The position numbers and the translations under genes were made by a program. The notes beneath the pieces are model-generated. The model worked only from the letters and a program-made list of their open reading frames with translations, was not told where the DNA came from and searched no databases. From positions 186,001 to 250,000 of IMG/VR virus record IMGVR_UViG_3300036944_001324: a stretch of 64,000 bases of DNA. The stretch is one strand, 5' to 3'. Below, in pieces: positions 37,208 to 47,482 of the stretch (its first letter is position 1; the number at the start of each line of letters is the position of its first letter).

Positions 37208-37453
37208 ATGTCGACTGAAAACAAAGAAAAGCGTTTTATCGCTGGAAGCAGATCTGAGTTTTTTAACGGTCTTCAAGGACCGTCAGTATTTTATCCGTTA
37301 AAGCAACACATCGTGAGAGAGAATCTCACGATCGTTGAGCAGGAGAACAGACTAATACTCAGAGCAAGAGATGCTACTGGCGGTTACTACAGTGGGGACG
37401 ACTTCACGATGTACGTCGGAAAGCCGTATAAAGGTACCGTTGGCGATAGCTAA
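37208..37453 (+). CDS. hypothetical protein
   Basis: Packed ORF. Confidence 0.6.
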   Translation: MSTENKEKRFIAGSRSEFFNGLQGPSVFYPLKQHIVRENLTIVEQENRLILRARDATGGYYSGDDFTMYVGKPYKGTVGDS

Positions 37454-37475
37454 ACAAACACGAGGAAAACAAAAC

Positions 37476-37880
37476 ATGAGAAAAGAAGCAGTTGATAAAA
37501 ACTTTGGCTCGGCCCTGGAGGCATATTGGACCAGGCCTGTATTCCAGTCTTTACTTCGAGATGTTCGCAAAGACTTCCTCGAAGCGACAGGTCTATCTAC
37601 CCTTGCCGGCGTACCTTTCGTAGTTGCGTGCCTTTTGTTGGCTTCAACCATGGATCGTCTGGCCGCCGGGTACAGTGGATCATCAACCCGTGATGATAGC
37701 CTGCTGTACGAAGCTATCGGCATTGGTGGTTTCTACTGGGGCGGTAACCCACGGCACCCACAAGGGACACGCTATGGTTCGTTGGTATATGCTGTCAGCT
37801 CTGCGCAGTCTGCTAACAAGGATTTCCGGGCGTTTTGTGACTCTTTCATTGCTGAAGTCTTTCAGGACATAAAACCATGA
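37476..37880 (+). CDS. hypothetical protein, paralog of 36727..37140
   Basis: GAGGA RBS; shared motif. Confidence 0.75.
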   Translation: MRKEAVDKNFGSALEAYWTRPVFQSLLRDVRKDFLEATGLSTLAGVPFVVACLLLASTMDRLAAGYSGSSTRDDSLLYEAIGIGGFYWGGNPRHPQGTRYGSLVYAVSSAQSANKDFRAFCDSFIAEVFQDIKP

Positions 37881-38254
37881 CGTTCACCTGGTCCCGTAAA
37901 GGCGGTTACGAGTGCTCTAGCACTGGTGACAAACGCTTCTCTGCTTTCCATGCCAAAATGCCAGATGGTCGCACGATCGAGCATCACTACCAATGTGATG
38001 TAAAAGGATACCAACCTGGCGGTCGTGACTGGAAACTTGGTAAAGGCAAGCCACCACTGACACCAATGACTCCTGAAGCCCTCTACGAGGCCTACAAGGC
38101 CTTGTGGGTGACGTGGGCTAAGGCTAACCCTCACCTGATGATGGAACTGCGTTCTAAGGCCTTAGAGCACAACTGCCTTCTCAGCGACATGTACGCTACT
38201 ACATCGGTCAATCAGGCTCATGCCTTGGCCGACTTACTCAACGAAGGATACTGA
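37877..38254 (+). CDS. conserved phage protein, possibly NADAR-like
   Basis: YE.SS.GDKRFSAF.A...DGRTIE..YQ..KG...KGK.P motif widespread in large phages; fold assignment is tentative. Confidence 0.5.
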   Translation: MTFTWSRKGGYECSSTGDKRFSAFHAKMPDGRTIEHHYQCDVKGYQPGGRDWKLGKGKPPLTPMTPEALYEAYKALWVTWAKANPHLMMELRSKALEHNCLLSDMYATTSVNQAHALADLLNEGY

Positions 38255-38255
38255 C

Positions 38256-38681
38256 ATGCCTCAAGAAAAAGAAATAGAAGAAGCCAACGCACGTTTGTCC
38301 GTTAATGTTAGCGTACTTCTCGCAAAGAGAATACTGGTCACGCGTGACAACACGTCGTTCAATCCCGAAATAACCCACGACAGTGTGTACGACTTTCTGG
38401 ACGACATTCTTACCGTATTCAACTTCATACCTAATCTTGGTACCTCCGGCATCAAGAAAATGCAGGTCGGTGTGCTCGAAGGTAACACCGGATTTGAATG
38501 GATCTTCCTTTTAAACAACGGGGAAAAGTGCGGCACTGTCATGAAAGCTGATCCGGAGTTCTTTGTGAGTGTGCTGGAAAATTGGTGTAACTGGGGTAAC
38601 TGGGGAAAACCAGAAGACAAAGATTACCTCATCTCTGAACTCGGTAACTTCCATAAGCAGTTGCTTAGAGTTGATTTCTGA
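38256..38681 (+). CDS. hypothetical protein
   Basis: AAGGA RBS. Confidence 0.7.
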   Translation: MPQEKEIEEANARLSVNVSVLLAKRILVTRDNTSFNPEITHDSVYDFLDDILTVFNFIPNLGTSGIKKMQVGVLEGNTGFEWIFLLNNGEKCGTVMKADPEFFVSVLENWCNWGNWGKPEDKDYLISELGNFHKQLLRVDF

Positions 38682-38770
38682 GATTGGTGATTTAAAGAAA
38701 GCCTGGCGACATATCATCGTTTGGAGGAACAGCACATCCTCCAAACATCCTCAACTTCCAACTTCCTCAG

Positions 38771-39409
38771 ATGAACGCTAAACGTCAACGTCACAACACG
38801 AAATCCAAGGAAAGCGCCTCGCAAGAGCGAATGGCGCATTTCGCTTTCCTCTATGGTGACATCCGAGAGCAGGTGAACTCGGTGGGTTACGAGAGTAACC
38901 TTGCAGGTAAGGAGCTTGCACGTTTTTGCGTGCGTGCTGGGTTAGGTGGTCATGAGCGCGATCAGGCAGTGTTCCTGTACACCACGTTGTGCCACGTGGG
39001 CGTCTGGGTCAAGCAAGCTATTGAATCCGCCGAGATCAATGCCAATAGCAAGGTGCGGCATCTGAAGGCTTTGCGGCACAACTTGTCAGTGGTAACGATT
39101 CCGTATCCACCCATGCTGAACATGGAGCCCTACATCGCGAATCTGCGTGGGTTCTACGAGGCAGCGGATTTTTACGGGCGTGAGAAGTTAAAGCGGATCT
39201 ATCTGATCCAGCATCCGAAAGAAATCAAGACGCGTGTAGTGTTCGACGAGCATCGCACGTTTCAAACGGACGAGTTGATCCAGGGTGTTATTACCCTGGA
39301 GATGGCTCGTCACGCCGGTCACCGCATCAAACTCGGTGACTTCGATGACAAGGTGCAATGGTTCAACGCATTGCTCGAATCTATCAAACCTAAGGAAAGA
39401 AAGAACTAA
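38771..39409 (+). CDS. hypothetical protein
   Basis: Long packed ORF. Confidence 0.7.
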   Translation: MNAKRQRHNTKSKESASQERMAHFAFLYGDIREQVNSVGYESNLAGKELARFCVRAGLGGHERDQAVFLYTTLCHVGVWVKQAIESAEINANSKVRHLKALRHNLSVVTIPYPPMLNMEPYIANLRGFYEAADFYGREKLKRIYLIQHPKEIKTRVVFDEHRTFQTDELIQGVITLEMARHAGHRIKLGDFDDKVQWFNALLESIKPKERKN

Positions 39410-39456
39410 TGCTCGTACTCCTGTTGTGGTTCGGGTTGGTTCCTAAGGGACAAGCT

Positions 39457-40065
39457 ATGAAAATGAATCCAGTTAAATTGGTGATCGGAACCATGATAGG
39501 AGTTTTGCTCTTCGTGATGGTGTTTCCGTTCATCTTGATGTTTGAGTTGTTCTGGAGAATGACGCCACACGTCAAGACGTCTAAGCGTGTTATTGCTTTG
39601 GCTGCTCAGTTTGAGTCAGAGGTAACCAAGATCAATCTGAGCACGACAAGCAACACGGCAGCGTTTGAAGCTGTGACTGCTTTGGCTAGACAGCCGCATT
39701 ACAAAGAACTGGTGCAGCGTAGATCGTTGTACCTAGGCATCATGACTATTGCAAGCTACCTTCTTCCTCCCGAGAAGTTCAAGAAGGATGAGTTTGTAGT
39801 AGGTTATTTTGCGCAGATGGGTGCAGGGTTACTTACTGGCAAACCCAAAGAGCTACACATCGCGAACATGTTCGCCAGGGCTCGCAGCGCCAGTGATGTG
39901 GCGGTAGCTTTGATCTACTCTGGATCGCTTGTGGAAGAAGACTTCCGTAGGCATTTTGCAGGCACAAATCCGCAGCATGTGTGTGACTTCCTTGCAGCCA
40001 GCATCGATGAAGTTCTCGCGATGCCTAACGTGGAAAAATACAAAGAGCCGGGACCATGTGGTTGA
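39457..40065 (+). CDS. membrane-anchored hypothetical protein
   Basis: AAGGGA RBS; N-terminal TM helix. Confidence 0.7.
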   Translation: MKMNPVKLVIGTMIGVLLFVMVFPFILMFELFWRMTPHVKTSKRVIALAAQFESEVTKINLSTTSNTAAFEAVTALARQPHYKELVQRRSLYLGIMTIASYLLPPEKFKKDEFVVGYFAQMGAGLLTGKPKELHIANMFARARSASDVAVALIYSGSLVEEDFRRHFAGTNPQHVCDFLAASIDEVLAMPNVEKYKEPGPCG

Positions 40066-40496
40066 AGTTTGTTGACTGGTTGAAGACCAGCGTACTGCGT
40101 GTCGAAGAGCTCCATTGGATCGAGCGACCTAACTCGTTCGCCAAAACGCTCAAGAAAATCATCACGGAACAAGCCAGTGGTTACATGCGTGATGTTCACT
40201 TCCAGGTGAACCACGTGAACAACCGGACACTGATCAAGGGTTCGGCAACCATGACGCTCTTCGACGGTGAATACACTTTCGAGGACATCGTCTATTTTGA
40301 TGGTGTGCTCGGTAGGACGAGCTTACACATGACCATCAAATGCGAAGCCATTTACCACGGAGTGATACCGTCGATGAATGTGAAGCTTCGTGTGAACGAC
40401 AAGGTTTTCAGTGGTGTAGTGGGTCTTACCATGCGTTTCAAACGCGGGCTTGATGTACTGCATTTGAAACATTCTCGAAATAGCACTTCCCACTAA
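40056..40496 (+). CDS. hypothetical protein
   Basis: Overlapping start. Confidence 0.65.
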   Translation: MWLKFVDWLKTSVLRVEELHWIERPNSFAKTLKKIITEQASGYMRDVHFQVNHVNNRTLIKGSATMTLFDGEYTFEDIVYFDGVLGRTSLHMTIKCEAIYHGVIPSMNVKLRVNDKVFSGVVGLTMRFKRGLDVLHLKHSRNSTSH

Positions 40497-40565
40497 CCTA
40501 AAGCAATCAGGAGAGGCTATCTGCGGCCTCTCCTTTTATGCCGACTACAAAGAAAGGCTAACGCC

Positions 40566-41072
40566 ATGCACAACTTCCTGAACTTTCCTCGTCTGGTTTT
40601 CGACGCTGTTTTCAGCAACAACCTTAAAGACGACAAACCAGGTTACTGGACAACCACCAAGATGGGTGTAGTGACGATGGATGTCACTAACGAGGATTTC
40701 TTGGCATCTCTGAAAAAACAGTTGATCCAAAAAGAGCTCATCGACCATGAACAATCGGTTAACGTCGAATACTCATTCCTCAGTAGTGAACAAGCGGTTG
40801 TCAAGCCAGACGTCGGGCCTGAAAACTTCAGATGGTCAGGCTTCATTCGACTGGACATTCGGGCCGGCGGTAAGTACGCTACTATCACGTTCTTACCGGG
40901 ATTAGATGTAGCGGTGAACGTTCCGTTCTATTATCACTGGTTCCACGAGGGGGTAGTCACTGGTGACACATGTCTTTACTTCGGACAAGAGGACATGGAT
41001 GATCCAGAAGAGCTGCGGGCTTTACTGGCAGAACACATCGCCCATTACATCGCGCAATCTCACGACGTATAA
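40566..41072 (+). CDS. hypothetical protein, paralog family A copy 1
   Basis: G...LDIRAGGKY.T..F motif. Confidence 0.75.
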   Translation: MHNFLNFPRLVFDAVFSNNLKDDKPGYWTTTKMGVVTMDVTNEDFLASLKKQLIQKELIDHEQSVNVEYSFLSSEQAVVKPDVGPENFRWSGFIRLDIRAGGKYATITFLPGLDVAVNVPFYYHWFHEGVVTGDTCLYFGQEDMDDPEELRALLAEHIAHYIAQSHDV

Positions 41073-41077
41073 AAATC

Positions 41078-41560
41078 ATGAATCAAGAAGCATTGAATAA
41101 ACTCACTCCTGGTTTCTTCTTCCAGCGTTTTCTTCAGGACATCGATCCTGATAAACAAACTCCCACAACTCGGCACTGCACGAGACTGATGACTGCTCAA
41201 GTCACCGAACCGTTTTTTCTGAACGAACTCAGGACCAAGATTAACGCCAGAAGTAAGACGCCAGTAGGTGCACTGGAAGTCGGGTTTACTTTCTACGATG
41301 TTCCTACGGAAACTCCGTTTTGTGAAAACGGTGGATTTGTCATTTCTGTAAGAGTGAATAACAAGTACGCCATGCTTAGTTTTTCTTCAAACATGGACTG
41401 GTACGATCATTCGTTAGGGAATTTGAAATCTGAACCTAGTTTCGCAATTATGCGATATGACTTAGTTACTGACGACCCTAACAGGCTTCGTTCCAAGCTA
41501 GCTGAATACATTGCTACTCATTTGGTGGAGTATGTCTTTATTGATTGGGTGCAATCATGA
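41078..41560 (+). CDS. hypothetical protein, paralog family A copy 2
   Basis: GGFVISVRVNNKYAMLSF ... LAEYIA.H. Confidence 0.7.
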   Translation: MNQEALNKLTPGFFFQRFLQDIDPDKQTPTTRHCTRLMTAQVTEPFFLNELRTKINARSKTPVGALEVGFTFYDVPTETPFCENGGFVISVRVNNKYAMLSFSSNMDWYDHSLGNLKSEPSFAIMRYDLVTDDPNRLRSKLAEYIATHLVEYVFIDWVQS

Positions 41561-41772
41561 CTTTTCACTACACCTACAACGAGATCAATGTCCAACGTCA
41601 CGACGTTGGTTTCATCGTCAAACAAGTCAAGTCTGTTTTGGCCAGTAAACGTGTCCGATCCATCTGTCTGAACCAGCTGCCGGACGACAACGGCCAGTTG
41701 TACACCACTGAGCAAGCTTCGAGAATCATTGACGCCGTCGTTAACGATTCACTTTACTACCACTACCCGTAA
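41557..41772 (+). CDS. hypothetical protein
   Basis: ATGA overlap. Confidence 0.65.
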   Translation: MTFHYTYNEINVQRHDVGFIVKQVKSVLASKRVRSICLNQLPDDNGQLYTTEQASRIIDAVVNDSLYYHYP

Positions 41773-41782
41773 AAGACAAATC

Positions 41783-42250
41783 ATGAACAACGAATTCAAC
41801 TACGCTGCGCAATTTCACAGGCTGTTTCTGCATGATCCTGATGTTGCTCTGGTCGGTCACACTTCAGTGATGGGTGTGCGGTCTGTTCCCGTGACCAGTG
41901 AAATGATCGTCTCGAAACTCCAAAAGAAACTGGTTGATCTGAAAGTGATCAAACCTGAAGACACAGTCCAAATGGAGCTGTCCTACTTCGACCATCGCTA
42001 CACCGCTGTCACGCCCGAGAAATTCGAAGAAGGTGGTGGAATGGTGCTGGATATTCGTGCCGGTGGTATTTATCACACTTTCAAGTTTAACCCACGTCAA
42101 GAGCATGATCGTGATTTTGTGTTCTGGTGTTTGCGCAGGCGGCTGGACGCTGATCCAATGGAGATCGAACTCAACAAAATGCACAACGCCGATCGCGAAT
42201 CAATGCACGAAAGCATTGTCAATTTGATCGTCGAGTATTTCACCGATTGA
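41783..42250 (+). CDS. hypothetical protein, paralog family A copy 3
   Basis: GGGMVLDIRAGGIYHTFKF. Confidence 0.75.
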   Translation: MNNEFNYAAQFHRLFLHDPDVALVGHTSVMGVRSVPVTSEMIVSKLQKKLVDLKVIKPEDTVQMELSYFDHRYTAVTPEKFEEGGGMVLDIRAGGIYHTFKFNPRQEHDRDFVFWCLRRRLDADPMEIELNKMHNADRESMHESIVNLIVEYFTD

Positions 42251-42257
42251 AAAACAA

Positions 42258-44330
42258 ATGACAAACGAAGAACAAGAGTATCTCAAGATCAACGAGAAGC
42301 TGCGTGAGGCCGCGCCAGCGTACTACGTTGAAGACAAGCCCATCATGACCGATGCCGAATACGATCAATTGATCGTTCGTGCTCGCGAATTGGAAAAGCG
42401 TGTTGATAAAGCGATCGTCGATGCTGAACGCCTGAAGGGTACGCCACTGTACGACGTGGTTGGATCTGTTGCCAAGGGTCTTAAGCCTGCTAAGCATGAG
42501 ACACCTATGCTCAGTTTGCGTACTGAGACGAATACTTCCGATGAACCCATCCGTAATTTCCTGCTGAAAGTGGGAAAGCGGCTGGACGAACTTGGTTTTC
42601 CACCGAATTGTACCAGTTACTGTGCTGAGTACAAATTTGACGGACTGGCTTTGAGCCTCAAGTACAGGGATGGAAAACTTCTCCGTGCAGTTACCCGTGG
42701 CGACGGTTACGAAGGTGAAAACGTTACGCATAACGCTCTCGTCGTTAAAGGCATACCTACGACTATCGGTCTGAAGCGGGATCTGGAAGTTCGTGGTGAA
42801 GTGATGATGACTAAAGAGATGTTTGCTAGTTTGAATAAGCAAGCATTGATAAGCGGAAGTCGTGTCTTTGTAAACCCGCGTAACGCTGCCGCTGGTTCCA
42901 TGCGACTTCTCGATTCGAATGAATGCAAACGACGCGGACTAATCTTTGTTGCTTACAGCGCCATAGGGCCTGCGGTTGATATGGAAACCGACAGCCATCT
43001 CTATCGCATATTGACCTTGGAAAACCTGGGTTTTGAAATCGGGCTTACACCTCTACGTACTAAAACACCAGAGCGACTAGCGGAGTTCTACCAAAAGACT
43101 CTCAATGAACGGACCACAATACCGTTTGAAATCGATGGGGTAGTCTACAAAGTCGACTCTATCGAGCAACAAGAAAAGCTTGGTGTCATCGGTAAAGAAC
43201 CTGTCTGGGCAATTGCTCACAAGTTCCCACCGGAGGAAGCCACCACCAGACTCGAGAGCATCGACATCCAAGTCGGGCGCACTGGCAAGTTCACTCCCGT
43301 CGCCAAGTTGAAGCCTATCTTCGTGGGTGGCGTTACTGTATCGAGCGTGACGCTCAGTAACATCTTCGACGTGCGTCGCAAGGACATCCGTCCAGGCGAT
43401 ACGGTGTTCGTTCGTCGTGCTGGTGACGTGATCCCTGAGATCACGACACGAGCCAACCGTAAGCGTGATGGTTACGTTCCTAACTTCCAGATGCCTCCCC
43501 AGTGTCCGGTTTGCGGCGGACTTGCTATCCGTTTCAAAGGCGAAAGCAACTACCAATGCACCAACAAGTACGAGTGTCCGGCGCAACTCTCTGGCTCCAT
43601 CTTGCATTACGTCAGTCGTGCCTGTATGGACATCGAGGGTTTTGGTGAAGAGACGGTTGACCTGTTGACGAAAGAAGGCTACGTGCGTTCATTCGTTGAC
43701 TTGTACCGCTTGACACCACAGATCCTTACAGAAGTAGGATTGGGTCCGAAGAAAGGACAGAACCTGCTCGACGCCATCGATGGTTCTCGTGTGAACTCTC
43801 TAGCTCGTTTCATCTACGGGCTGGGTATTCGCTATGTGGGTGCCAACACTTCCAAGATTCTTGCTAATCGTTTCAAGACGATCGGTGCGCTCTTTGAAGC
43901 CAAGCGGGAAGAACTCATCAACCTGCCTGACATGGGGCCCGTTACAACGGACTCCGTGGTTTCCTACATCGGCAACGCGCACAGGCGAGCGTTGGTGTTT
44001 GAGACCATTGCGGTGGGTAAGTTGATTCTGACCACCGTAGAGCAACCTCCAAAGCCCGTAGGACCGCTCACAGGCCAATCTTTCGTGGTGTCTGGACGGT
44101 TGACACACTACGAAGCGATAGAGCCTTCTAAGACCCGTGAAGCCTTCATTGATGTTTTGGAGGATCTGGGTGCTTCTGTCACCGATAAGGTGAATAAAGA
44201 TACAACGGCACTTATCATAGGTGAGAAACCTTCGAGCAAGTTAGCCAAAGCGAAAGCTCTGGGCATCCGTGTTATGACAGACAAGGAAGCCATGGAACAG
44301 TTCATGAACCTGGAAGTCTCCACGTTCTAA
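42258..44330 (+). CDS. ligA: NAD-dependent DNA ligase
   Basis: TDAEYD, HETPMLSL, motif I EYKFDG, EVRGEV, NPRNAAAGS, WAIAHKF, OB fold, C4 Zn finger (CPVC...C...C), HhH repeats and C-terminal BRCT. Confidence 0.97.
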   Translation: MTNEEQEYLKINEKLREAAPAYYVEDKPIMTDAEYDQLIVRARELEKRVDKAIVDAERLKGTPLYDVVGSVAKGLKPAKHETPMLSLRTETNTSDEPIRNFLLKVGKRLDELGFPPNCTSYCAEYKFDGLALSLKYRDGKLLRAVTRGDGYEGENVTHNALVVKGIPTTIGLKRDLEVRGEVMMTKEMFASLNKQALISGSRVFVNPRNAAAGSMRLLDSNECKRRGLIFVAYSAIGPAVDMETDSHLYRILTLENLGFEIGLTPLRTKTPERLAEFYQKTLNERTTIPFEIDGVVYKVDSIEQQEKLGVIGKEPVWAIAHKFPPEEATTRLESIDIQVGRTGKFTPVAKLKPIFVGGVTVSSVTLSNIFDVRRKDIRPGDTVFVRRAGDVIPEITTRANRKRDGYVPNFQMPPQCPVCGGLAIRFKGESNYQCTNKYECPAQLSGSILHYVSRACMDIEGFGEETVDLLTKEGYVRSFVDLYRLTPQILTEVGLGPKKGQNLLDAIDGSRVNSLARFIYGLGIRYVGANTSKILANRFKTIGALFEAKREELINLPDMGPVTTDSVVSYIGNAHRRALVFETIAVGKLILTTVEQPPKPVGPLTGQSFVVSGRLTHYEAIEPSKTREAFIDVLEDLGASVTDKVNKDTTALIIGEKPSSKLAKAKALGIRVMTDKEAMEQFMNLEVSTF

Positions 44331-44340
44331 ACGTCATATC

Positions 44341-44370
44341 GCCAGCAGCTTATCGGGCTGCTGGCTTTTT
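44341..44370 (+). terminator. intrinsic terminator
   Basis: gccagcagc/gctgctggc stem plus T-tract. Confidence 0.75.
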
Positions 44371-44407
44371 CTATCTCTCTCCAACCAAAGCAAAGGAAAC
44401 TATCATC

Positions 44408-45514
44408 ATGGAAACCAACATCATCACCACCGCAGGACATATGGCTCTGGATGCAGCCATGGAGCATGTTGCGGAACACCACCCAGTTCGCACCGGTCCT
44501 GTCACGGACGCAACCATTAAGTCTGAGACCATCATCAAAAAGGCAACGCCCCACGTGGCGATTGCTTACAACCCCTATTCGCTCGACAGCCTGATGGGTG
44601 CGGCGCAAGCCATTTTCCATCCAGACTACCACAAGGCAAGGCTGGTTCCTTACAACCAGTTCGCATCGACCGACACGCTGATGAACTACACCAAGATCCT
44701 GTTCGTTGGTGTGGAAATCACGCAACTGGATTTCGCCGCCCTGATGTCTGGTACGCAGATGAGTGTGCAGTTGGTCGCTTACCGTGACAGCTATTCCTGG
44801 ATGGACGAGAAGTCCCTCAAGAAACTGGGCGACCGTGTAACGTTCTTGCGTCCCAGTGACGAGTTTGTCAACGAACTGTTGGCCCGTACTGATAACACGG
44901 CGACAAAGATCGTTCAGTTCTGGGTGGACAAGTCCGGTGAAGGCCGGGTGCCGGGCGTTCTGTACAACCTGACGTCGTTGGTATCACGGATGGTGAGCCA
45001 AAGCTATCCTATCCTTTCGTTCCATGTGGACCTCAATGAAGGTACGATGGAATCCGAAGAAGAGATGTCCAACAAGGCACGCATTCACGATGCGGTTGCC
45101 AAGCTGCGCACAGCTCTGGGATCGGTAGAGCCCATGAACGAAGTCCTCGGCCTGACTTTCAAGGCCGATGTCGACGCTTACCTGTCGCACTTTCGCCATG
45201 TCCGCTACACGCTCACGCGTTCACTGCGGATGATGGCGTTTCGTCAGGCTACTGGTGCGTTGTCGTCTACCGTGATCGAGTTGCCAGTCGTCCCAGCCAG
45301 TGAGATGACGCACAGCGACATTTTGCACGCTGCTTTGCAACACTATAAGGAAGTGGTGACTTATGAAGATGTTCGTGAGTATCGCATCTGGCGCATTTAT
45401 TCGGAGAAAGCGCAAGACCGTCAAAAGCTCGTGCACATCTTCAAGCCTGTGATGGTGTGGAGTGAAGGCGCTGTGCTTTGTGCGCTGACACACACCACTA
45501 CGTCAACTGCGTGA
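44408..45514 (+). CDS. hypothetical protein, possibly a degenerate DHH-phosphoesterase fold
   Basis: AAGGA RBS; the order of strands and helices loosely resembles DHH proteins, but the DHH motif is absent. Confidence 0.55.
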   Translation: METNIITTAGHMALDAAMEHVAEHHPVRTGPVTDATIKSETIIKKATPHVAIAYNPYSLDSLMGAAQAIFHPDYHKARLVPYNQFASTDTLMNYTKILFVGVEITQLDFAALMSGTQMSVQLVAYRDSYSWMDEKSLKKLGDRVTFLRPSDEFVNELLARTDNTATKIVQFWVDKSGEGRVPGVLYNLTSLVSRMVSQSYPILSFHVDLNEGTMESEEEMSNKARIHDAVAKLRTALGSVEPMNEVLGLTFKADVDAYLSHFRHVRYTLTRSLRMMAFRQATGALSSTVIELPVVPASEMTHSDILHAALQHYKEVVTYEDVREYRIWRIYSEKAQDRQKLVHIFKPVMVWSEGAVLCALTHTTTSTA

Positions 45515-45569
45515 TTGTTGCAAGGGGGTTACTCCCCTTGCACGTTACGACTTACTTGGATAAAATAAA

Positions 45570-46154
45570 ATGCAACCTAATTTGATGAATCTGAGTAACG
45601 ATCAAACGTGCCGACTCTTCACCGGCATTATGAGTGAAGGCGCTGCTCAAGACCCCGGCTTGGTTCATTCCATGGCTGACTTCTTCTGGAAGACCACCGA
45701 TAACTACCAAATGTTCTCAGGTGGGGTGTACTTTCGGGATGTGGTTGGTAATGCGTTGTGCTCCAGCTTTGCTATCAGTGTTCTCAAGAACACCATGCTG
45801 ATCACCAATTGTCACTTTGTTGATCCCTTAGAGCTCCCAACTCCCACCGGCGTGGTGACCATTGACCATCGGATGGTGCCTTGCTTTTTGGAAAAGCGAC
45901 ATGAAGAAGATCCCCGCACTGCAACGCGGATTTACTTCAACCCAGAAAGCAAGCATTTCGTATCGGTGAACATTGTCTACGAAGGTGATGCTGCACCAGG
46001 GCCTTTTTCAGACACTGCTAAATTCAAGTTCTATCGGGTCTATCCAGCGTGCATCCATGCACCTTACGAGATCTTCGAGGTCCTGTCTACGTTACTGTGT
46101 CCCGATATTGAACCACCTGAAATCTTGCAGTCCATGTATCGACCCCTTCACTGA
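45570..46154 (+). CDS. hypothetical protein
   Basis: Follows a hairpin at 45519-45542. Confidence 0.7.
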   Translation: MQPNLMNLSNDQTCRLFTGIMSEGAAQDPGLVHSMADFFWKTTDNYQMFSGGVYFRDVVGNALCSSFAISVLKNTMLITNCHFVDPLELPTPTGVVTIDHRMVPCFLEKRHEEDPRTATRIYFNPESKHFVSVNIVYEGDAAPGPFSDTAKFKFYRVYPACIHAPYEIFEVLSTLLCPDIEPPEILQSMYRPLH

Positions 46155-46279
46155 TGTTATTTGAGTAGTCATGCACGGCGAAACAGGAAGAATCCTTTGA
46201 CTCTTTCATACCCAACTACTTGCTCCTTCAATGGGGTGAGTAGTTGGGTTATTCCCTGTTTCTTTTTTGGTCCTCAATA

Positions 46280-47482
46280 ATGCCTTATCCAACCCCCAAC
46301 TATAGCTTGGCCGTTATGGCTAAGACGGCGATTCAGTTCTTTGAACAGAATACCGTACTGGCCGATTTGCAAATTGGTCAAGAGACTGACACCAAACGTT
46401 TCAAAATTGGTGATGGTGTCACTGCGTGGAATACGCTCCCCTACGCTGTACAGGGCAACGAGAACAGCATCTGGGTAGGGTTGTCTCCTGATGTAGGCAA
46501 CCTGCTGGAGCTCACGCTCGCTCGCAATGGCTTCTACCTGAACCCAGTTACGTTCGACGGCACGACGGTGCTCAACCAATCCATCGATGGAACGCTGACA
46601 GACATCACGCCGTACTTGACGGCTAACCAACAGCTGGCTGGCTTCGTAGCGGCTGGTTTGATGATTCGCAAAGTCGTCCTGGCTCTGGGTGCTGACTGGA
46701 ATCTGAATACCACTGACCCCATTCCCGCAACAACCGTCACGCAAGCCATTGACTCCGTCTCTGATGCTTTGACTTCGCTTGCGGGAACTGTTAGTGGTTT
46801 GATCAACGACTCTGCTGTTAGCGCTTCGACCACCTACTCTTCGACCAAGATCGGTACGCTGGTAAATGATGCCATCGCTGCGATCATTGGTGCCGCACCT
46901 GAAGCTCTGAACACAGTCTACGAACTAGCTGCCGCTCTCGGTAACAATCCCGATCTGGTGACGAACATCGTTACTGAGTTGGGACAGACTGTGAAGATCA
47001 CAGCGCAAACCCTGACGGCCCCGCAACAAGCCCAGGCTCGAACCAATATCGGCGCAGCTTCTGCAGCTGATCTGGGTAGCCCGGATGAGAACACTTTGAC
47101 TCTGGAAGCAAAGTACCTGTACGAAAAGTCAATCGCTACAGGCGGTATCGAGATCACAATCGAACCCAATCCATTGGTCATTGTGAAGACCGCTCCATTT
47201 GTGGCTAAAGTCATCTCTGATGGAAGTGTTCATCGAGAAGGTATTTACGCACTGGATACTTCTGGCGGGTCCTTCATCACACAAATGCCTGCAAACCCAC
47301 TGCCGGGTGATGAGGTGGAATACCTCGACTACAACGGGACTTTCGATACGGGACCTGCTGAGCTCTCTCCTAACGGGAAGAAGTTCATGGGACTTAACGA
47401 GAGTTACATTCTCAATCAAAAGAACCGAGGCCGCCGCTTCAAGTTCGTTGATGAGGACAAAGGTTGGATGCCAATGGCCTAA
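46280..47482 (+). CDS. tail fibre/adaptor protein
   Basis: N-terminal GQETDT.RFKIGDG...WN.LPY (hyaluronidase/Mtd-type N-domain); GAAPEALNT..ELAAALGNNP; C-terminal DTSGG...MPANP..GD.V...D..G...GW, a T4 gp34-type domain. Confidence 0.8.
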   Translation: MPYPTPNYSLAVMAKTAIQFFEQNTVLADLQIGQETDTKRFKIGDGVTAWNTLPYAVQGNENSIWVGLSPDVGNLLELTLARNGFYLNPVTFDGTTVLNQSIDGTLTDITPYLTANQQLAGFVAAGLMIRKVVLALGADWNLNTTDPIPATTVTQAIDSVSDALTSLAGTVSGLINDSAVSASTTYSSTKIGTLVNDAIAAIIGAAPEALNTVYELAAALGNNPDLVTNIVTELGQTVKITAQTLTAPQQAQARTNIGAASAADLGSPDENTLTLEAKYLYEKSIATGGIEITIEPNPLVIVKTAPFVAKVISDGSVHREGIYALDTSGGSFITQMPANPLPGDEVEYLDYNGTFDTGPAELSPNGKKFMGLNESYILNQKNRGRRFKFVDEDKGWMPMA

